DNA of 32,000 bases from an uncultured Candidatus Nitrosopumilus sp. (GTDB taxonomy: Archaea > Thermoproteota > Nitrososphaeria > Nitrososphaerales > Nitrosopumilaceae). How positions within the stretch are numbered: the stretch's first letter is position 1; the number at the start of each line of letters is the position of its first letter. The position numbers were made by a program, and so were the translations under genes. The notes below the pieces were generated by a model, which was not told the DNA's origin, searched no databases, and saw only the letters and a list, made by a program, of their open reading frames with translations. Of this stretch, positions 26,867 to 32,000 are shown piece by piece. The stretch spans positions 9,305 to 41,304 of the forward strand of contig CAJQRM010000003.1 of NCBI GenBank assembly GCA_905612275.1, given 5' to 3'.

Positions 26867-29095
26867 TTGTTATTGAATTCTCAAGCTCAATTATTTCAAG
26901 TTGGTAGTTTTAATTTCAAATTAAATCATATTGTTATAATTGGAGTACTAGTTTTAGCATTTTCAATATCCTTTCTAATAAGATCTCAGCCTGCAGATTA
27001 TGGCAATGAATTAATGGAATTTGATCCATTTTTTAATTTTCGTGCTACTGAATATATTGTAGAAAATGGATTTTCTGAATATTTTGAATGGCGTGATGAT
27101 AAAAGTTGGTATTTACCATTAGATACTTCAGGTCTTGGTCAAACAACTAATCTTGAACAATTGGGAGGAGGAAGAGATGTTGCTGGTACTTCTCAAGTTA
27201 TGCTTCATACTACAACAGCTATCACTTATGAAATATTTGGAGGAAATTCAAGCTTATATGATTTCACTATATTATTTCCAGCAGTAATTGGTTCATTAAC
27301 TGTAATTGTTATTTTTGGATTAGTAAGATTATTTGCAGGAACTACAGCCGGATTATTTGCATCATTACTTTTTGCAGTATCCCTTCCAATTATTTTACGA
27401 GGGACTATTGGATGGTTTAAATCAGAACCATTAGGAATTTTTTATGCTTTATTGGGTTTCTACTTCTTTTTTAGTGGAATAAGATCTGAAAATAAAAAAA
27501 TTGCATTTTCCAAAATTATTCTTGGAGGGATCATTATGACCTTTGCAATGGCTTCTTGGGGAGGAATTCAATTTTTAATAATTCCATTAGGATTATTTAT
27601 TTTAGCATTACCTTTTGTTAGAAAAGATCATAAATTTTTGCTTTGGAGCATTCCATTGTTTGTAGGAACTTTTCTTTTATCTGCAATTATGTTTGAACGA
27701 CCTGGACCTAATTTTGTATTTGGAGTAGGAGGGGCTTTATTGATAATTCCTACTATCTTTTTAGTAGTTTGTATATTTATTCAAAAAATAAGTAAAGATG
27801 AACATAAAATAAGAAATGGATTAATTTTATTATTTTCAATTCTAATTATTGGAGCCTTTTTAGTAACAATAAGTGAAGAACTAGATTTTTTACCATTACC
27901 CAGTTTTAGATATCTTAATGCACTTAATCCATTTTTAACAACTTTAGATCCTTTAACTGACTCAGTTGCAGAACATGCAACTACAAGTCTTCCGCTTTCA
28001 TTCCTTTTTCATTCTATTTTGTTAATTTTCTCTGCACTTGGTGCTTGGTTTCTTTTATCTAAAAAAATACCTCACTCTATAATTTTTGAAAGAAATGATA
28101 TGCGTGTATTTGTACTCATTATGGGAATAACTGGTGTTTATGTTAGTTCTGCATTTATTAGATTAGAGGTATTTGCATCTATATCATTAATTTTTCTTAC
28201 ATCCATTGGATTATCTATTTTAATAAAAGAAATTTTTAAAATTAATTTATCTAAGAAAAAAAATTATTTATTAAAAATTTCATCTATCACAATTATTTTT
28301 ATTTTATTTACAATTCCACTTGTTTATCCTACTACTAGTAATTGGATTAATGGTGTAGATTTTCCACCAACTATACTTAATGGTGGAACTTCATACCCTC
28401 CTAGCAATGATTGGTTAGAAACACTTGAATGGATAAAACTCAATACTCCTGAAGATTCAGTTGTTGCATCTTGGTGGGATTATGGATATTGGATTAGTAC
28501 TGTTGCTGAAAGAACTACATTAATTGATAATGCAACTCTTGGTGATTGGCAAATTAAAAAAGTTGCAGAAATATTTATGAGTACACCTGATGAAGCTTGG
28601 AATTTACTTACAGTATGGAATGTTGATTATGTAGTTGTATATGTTGCCGCACAAAGATTAGATGGAGATTGGAATGGTGACTCACTTTATGTTTTAAACG
28701 GTGGAGGCGATGAATCTAAAAAACCTTGGTTTATGCGTATAGCTGGTGTTGAACTTTCAAAATATTTAGAATCTGATAATCGAACTGGTACTAATTATTT
28801 TTGGAATGAAACATTGTTAGGTAAAATGATTCCATATAATACACTATTGTATTATAATGAAGAAGCTCAACAATCATATGAAATTTTTCAAACAGGAACT
28901 GTTCCAATTAGTGTTTTAGATATTAATTATAATGATGATGGTAATTATCCATTAAAATTAGTTCATACTTCACCTAGTTTTACTAATAAAAATATTGATA
29001 GATTTAGTGCTGTACTTGTATATGAAGTAAATAAAAATTATATTTTAATTAATGATGATTTAACAATAAATCAAAATATGAGTTTGGAAAATTAA
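26867..29095 (+). CDS. aglB: Archaeal oligosaccharyltransferase AglB (STT3 family)
   Basis: 742 aa with a TTG start. A multi-span N-terminal membrane domain is followed by the catalytic WWDYG motif (VASWWDYGYWIS) and a soluble C-terminal domain. Confidence 0.9.
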   Translation: MLLNSQAQLFQVGSFNFKLNHIVIIGVLVLAFSISFLIRSQPADYGNELMEFDPFFNFRATEYIVENGFSEYFEWRDDKSWYLPLDTSGLGQTTNLEQLGGGRDVAGTSQVMLHTTTAITYEIFGGNSSLYDFTILFPAVIGSLTVIVIFGLVRLFAGTTAGLFASLLFAVSLPIILRGTIGWFKSEPLGIFYALLGFYFFFSGIRSENKKIAFSKIILGGIIMTFAMASWGGIQFLIIPLGLFILALPFVRKDHKFLLWSIPLFVGTFLLSAIMFERPGPNFVFGVGGALLIIPTIFLVVCIFIQKISKDEHKIRNGLILLFSILIIGAFLVTISEELDFLPLPSFRYLNALNPFLTTLDPLTDSVAEHATTSLPLSFLFHSILLIFSALGAWFLLSKKIPHSIIFERNDMRVFVLIMGITGVYVSSAFIRLEVFASISLIFLTSIGLSILIKEIFKINLSKKKNYLLKISSITIIFILFTIPLVYPTTSNWINGVDFPPTILNGGTSYPPSNDWLETLEWIKLNTPEDSVVASWWDYGYWISTVAERTTLIDNATLGDWQIKKVAEIFMSTPDEAWNLLTVWNVDYVVVYVAAQRLDGDWNGDSLYVLNGGGDESKKPWFMRIAGVELSKYLESDNRTGTNYFWNETLLGKMIPYNTLLYYNEEAQQSYEIFQTGTVPISVLDINYNDDGNYPLKLVHTSPSFTNKNIDRFSAVLVYEVNKNYILINDDLTINQNMSLEN

Positions 29096-29102
29096 ATCGC
29101 TA

Positions 29103-30074
29103 ATGATCAATAAAAAATCTAACAATCTAAATATTTTATACATATCACCTACATTTGTTGGTGGCATTGGAGGACATGCTTTTAGAGTTAGTGAAAAATT
29201 AAACCAGAATAATTTTGATATTGAGCTAATGAAAATTCCACATATACCAATTAAAAATTTAAAAAATCCTAGCTTTACAATTTTTGGAAAAATGAAAACT
29301 ATACTCAATAAAAAATCATATGATTTAGTACATGCTTGGAATGTTCCTTCTGGAATAATTATGAAAAATATAAATGCAAAAAAAAAAATTTTATCAATTC
29401 ATGGAATGTATAGTGAACAAGTAGATGCAATTCATTCTAAATCTATTAGTAAATTAGGTAAAATTGCTGAAAAAAATGCTATTGAGAATGCTGATATTTT
29501 AACGACAGATTCAAAATTTGTTCAAAAAACATATTATGAAAAATTTGGTTTAAACATAGAATATCTTCCAGCACCTCTAGATGTTAACAAATTCATCAAT
29601 ATCCCTAAATCTAAATTAAAAAATCAAGTTGTATTCATTGGGAGAGATAGTCATGAAAAAGGAATTGACATTCTTAAATCCATTGAATTGTCAATTAATT
29701 CTAAAGTTATTTACTGTACAAATACTGATTGGGCTGAAACTATGAAAATATTACAACAATCAAAATTACTTGTTGTGCCATCTAGACAGGAAAGTCTTCC
29801 GCAAGTAATTAAAGAAGCATTTTATCTTAAAGTTCCTGTAATTGCAACAGATGTGGGAGGAATTTCAGAACTTGTTAAACATAATCAAACGGGAATACTT
29901 GTTCCTAGTCAAAATCCAGAAAAGTTAAAAATTGCAATAAATGATCTATTAGAAAATTTTGAACTTCAAGAAATTTTGAAAGAAAATGCTTATAATTTTA
30001 TTTTAGAAAATTTCACTTGGGAAAAATTATTGCCTAAATATATTAAATTTTATAACAATTTGTTCAATGATTAA
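29103..30074 (+). CDS. GT-B fold glycosyltransferase (GT4 family)
   Basis: 323 aa. The C-terminal nucleotide-sugar-binding pattern is FIGRDSHEKGIDIL...PSRQESLPQVIKEAFYLKVPVIATDVGGISELV. It lies 7 nt downstream of aglB. Confidence 0.8.
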   Translation: MINKKSNNLNILYISPTFVGGIGGHAFRVSEKLNQNNFDIELMKIPHIPIKNLKNPSFTIFGKMKTILNKKSYDLVHAWNVPSGIIMKNINAKKKILSIHGMYSEQVDAIHSKSISKLGKIAEKNAIENADILTTDSKFVQKTYYEKFGLNIEYLPAPLDVNKFINIPKSKLKNQVVFIGRDSHEKGIDILKSIELSINSKVIYCTNTDWAETMKILQQSKLLVVPSRQESLPQVIKEAFYLKVPVIATDVGGISELVKHNQTGILVPSQNPEKLKIAINDLLENFELQEILKENAYNFILENFTWEKLLPKYIKFYNNLFND

Positions 30075-30161
30075 TTTAATCACTCATAAAAATAGTATAA
30101 AATTAAAATTAAACCAAGTAAAATTAGATAGTTTTTATTCCCGATTTTAAAATTTATTTTA

Positions 30162-31205
30162 TTGAAGCAAAAATTAATTGATTTTTTAGTTTGTCCAACT
30201 TGTAGACATTCAATTAATGTAAAAATAAAGAAAAAAATCCATGAAGAGATTATTGAAGGATCAATAATTTGTGATCATTGTAAAGATAATTTCAAAATTA
30301 CGAATGGTATTCCCAGATTTGTTGTTGATAAAACAAAAGATTTTGTAAAAACAGAAGCTGCTTTTAGTTCTAAATGGCAAAAACATCATAAAAATCATCA
30401 AGAAAAAGATTGGGTTGATTTTCAAAGAAAATGGTTTTTAGATAGATATGGTTGGAAAACTGTAAAAAATTTTAATAAATTTTTAAATACAAAAACTACT
30501 ATACTTGATGCAGGAACAGGAATTGGAAATAGTGCAAAATTCCTTTCTGCAAATAAAGATGCACATGTATTTGCTTTAGATGCAAGTGATAGTGTAGATT
30601 TTGCATATAAAAAATATGGAAAATTATCTAATGTTCATTTTCTTCAAGCTGATCTTCGTCAATTACCATTCAAAAAAAGTTTTTTTGATTATATTTATTC
30701 AGATCAAGTTCTTCATCACACAAAAAATACTGGAACATCTTTCAAATATTTAGTAAAATTTTTGACAAAATTGGGTCATATTTCTATTTATGTTTACAAC
30801 AAAAAAGCACCTGTAAGAGAATATGTAGATGATTATATCCGTAACAAAACTGTAAAAATGTCTGTTGAAGAATGTACTAAATTTTCCAAGGATATGGCAT
30901 ATTTGGGAAAAAGTCTTTCACAATTAAAAAAGAAAATTAAAATTCCTCATGATATTCCACTGTTAGGTGTTAAAGCTGGAGAATATGATGTACAACGATT
31001 CATCTACTGGCATTTTTTAAAATGTTTTTGGGATGAATCTGATAATTTTGAAAGAAGTGTTGGTGTGAATTTTGATTGGTATTCACCAAAATTTGCATTT
31101 AGACATACTCCCAAAGAAGTAAAAACTTGGTTTAAAGAATCTAAATTAAAAATTACAAATTTTAAAGAAATTGAAAGTGGAATAAGTGTAACCGGTCAAA
31201 AATAA
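30162..31205 (+). CDS. Trm112-like zinc-ribbon domain fused to a class I SAM-dependent methyltransferase
   Basis: TTG start. The N-terminus is LIDFLVCPTCRHS...IICDHCKDNFKITNGIPRFV (Trm112/DUF343 pattern), followed by SAM-binding motif I ILDAGTGIGNSAKFL and LQADLRQLPF. Confidence 0.75.
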   Translation: MKQKLIDFLVCPTCRHSINVKIKKKIHEEIIEGSIICDHCKDNFKITNGIPRFVVDKTKDFVKTEAAFSSKWQKHHKNHQEKDWVDFQRKWFLDRYGWKTVKNFNKFLNTKTTILDAGTGIGNSAKFLSANKDAHVFALDASDSVDFAYKKYGKLSNVHFLQADLRQLPFKKSFFDYIYSDQVLHHTKNTGTSFKYLVKFLTKLGHISIYVYNKKAPVREYVDDYIRNKTVKMSVEECTKFSKDMAYLGKSLSQLKKKIKIPHDIPLLGVKAGEYDVQRFIYWHFLKCFWDESDNFERSVGVNFDWYSPKFAFRHTPKEVKTWFKESKLKITNFKEIESGISVTGQK

Positions 31206-31210
31206 ATTTT

Positions 31211-32000
31211 TTATTTGTCTGATATTTTTTTTAAATCTTTTACAAATTTTTCAGTAATAATTTTCCAACTAAAATTTTCTTCTACAAATTTTCTTCCTTG
31301 AATTCCCATTTCTTCAATTTTTTTGGGATCATTTAAAATCTCTTCAATTTTTTTAATTAATTCTTCAGAATTTCCTTTTTCTATTAAAAATCCTGTTTTT
31401 TTATCTATCATTAATTCTGGAATTCCGCCTACATTTGTTGCAATTACAGGTTTTTTCATTAATTGGGCTTCAAGCAAAGTTAATGGTGACATATCTAATC
31501 CTGAAATTAATGCATAAATATCAATTTCAGATAAATACTCTCTAACTTTATTTGGGTATTCTAGTGGTCCTAACCACTCAAAATTTTTATATTTTTTTAA
31601 CTTAATCATAATTTCTTTTCTAAATGGTCCATCTCCTACCCAATAAAATTTGATATTTGGTAATTTTTTAAGTACATTTTCTAAAATTAACATTTCTTTT
31701 GCTTTATCCCAAATTACTGCACCCTGTAGTAATCCTACACAAGGATGTTCTAATTTCATACCTTTAACATCATACCAGTTTGATGGATCTATTCCTTGAT
31801 GCATAACAAATGTTTTTTTATTTGGAATTTTTTGTTTTGTTATTTTGTTTAAATGATTACAAATAGGAACTATTATTTCTGCATTTTTAAAACATTGTTC
31901 ACCAATTTTCTTCCATGCATTGAGTGCTATATTTTTTGGAAATGATTTATAAATTGTTTCACGAGCTATTTTCATTTCTTTCCAATAGTCTCCTCTTAAA
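31211..32000 (-). CDS. GT-B fold glycosyltransferase (GT4 family); the 5' part probably lies beyond the window end
   Basis: The C-terminal GT4 pattern is YALISGLDMSPLTLLEAQLMKKPVIATNVGGIPELM. The reading frame stays open upstream of the track ATG (31975) to base 32000 (LRGDYWKE-MKIARE). At 254 aa the ORF is short for this family. Confidence 0.75.
   Translation of the reverse strand, partial: LRGDYWKEMKIARETIYKSFPKNIALNAWKKIGEQCFKNAEIIVPICNHLNKITKQKIPNKKTFVMHQGIDPSNWYDVKGMKLEHPCVGLLQGAVIWDKAKEMLILENVLKKLPNIKFYWVGDGPFRKEIMIKLKKYKNFEWLGPLEYPNKVREYLSEIDIYALISGLDMSPLTLLEAQLMKKPVIATNVGGIPELMIDKKTGFLIEKGNSEELIKKIEEILNDPKKIEEMGIQGRKFVEENFSWKIITEKFVKDLKKISDK

Overview
This is an AT-rich, densely packed archaeal chromosome segment. 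It is most consistent with an ammonia-oxidising thaumarchaeon (Nitrosopumilales-like). That assignment is an inference from archaeal marker genes (GatD, Pelota, AglB, Cdc48), an archaeal-type SRP RNA, a C/D-box sRNA, low GC and many TTG/GTG starts. I support 32 protein-coding genes (two run off the window edges; one is a 54-aa ORF missing from the track) and two ncRNAs. I saw no tRNA, rRNA, CRISPR array, transposase or integrase. Roughly 1-6.1 kb and 20-23.6 kb are housekeeping: gatD, an MBL-fold protein, cdc48, ribosomal uL2, acylphosphatase, an M50 protease, cutA, pelota and yjbQ. The stand-out region is a phosphonate biosynthesis cluster at about 6.2-19.9 kb. It has PEP mutase with the EDKx5NS signature, a split phosphonopyruvate decarboxylase and a divergent Fe-alcohol dehydrogenase, but no MpnS/HEPD-type cupin. 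Instead it carries two diverged LicC-type nucleotidyltransferases, two diverged 690-aa B12-domain radical SAM proteins, a Nudix hydrolase, a metallophosphoesterase, an alkaline-phosphatase-superfamily enzyme without the sulfatase CxPxR motif, and a TauD-type oxygenase. This resembles the cytidylylation-then-radical-SAM-methylation logic of fosfomycin biosynthesis. I propose it as a possibly undescribed archaeal phosphonate tailoring pathway. The 3' third of the window holds a trmB-dtxR-small-Cys-ORF operon, a multi-cluster radical SAM protein resembling tetraether lipid synthase, and an N-glycosylation locus (aglB, two GT4 glycosyltransferases, a Trm112-methyltransferase fusion). All functional calls rest on motifs read by eye from the translations. 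No database search was run.
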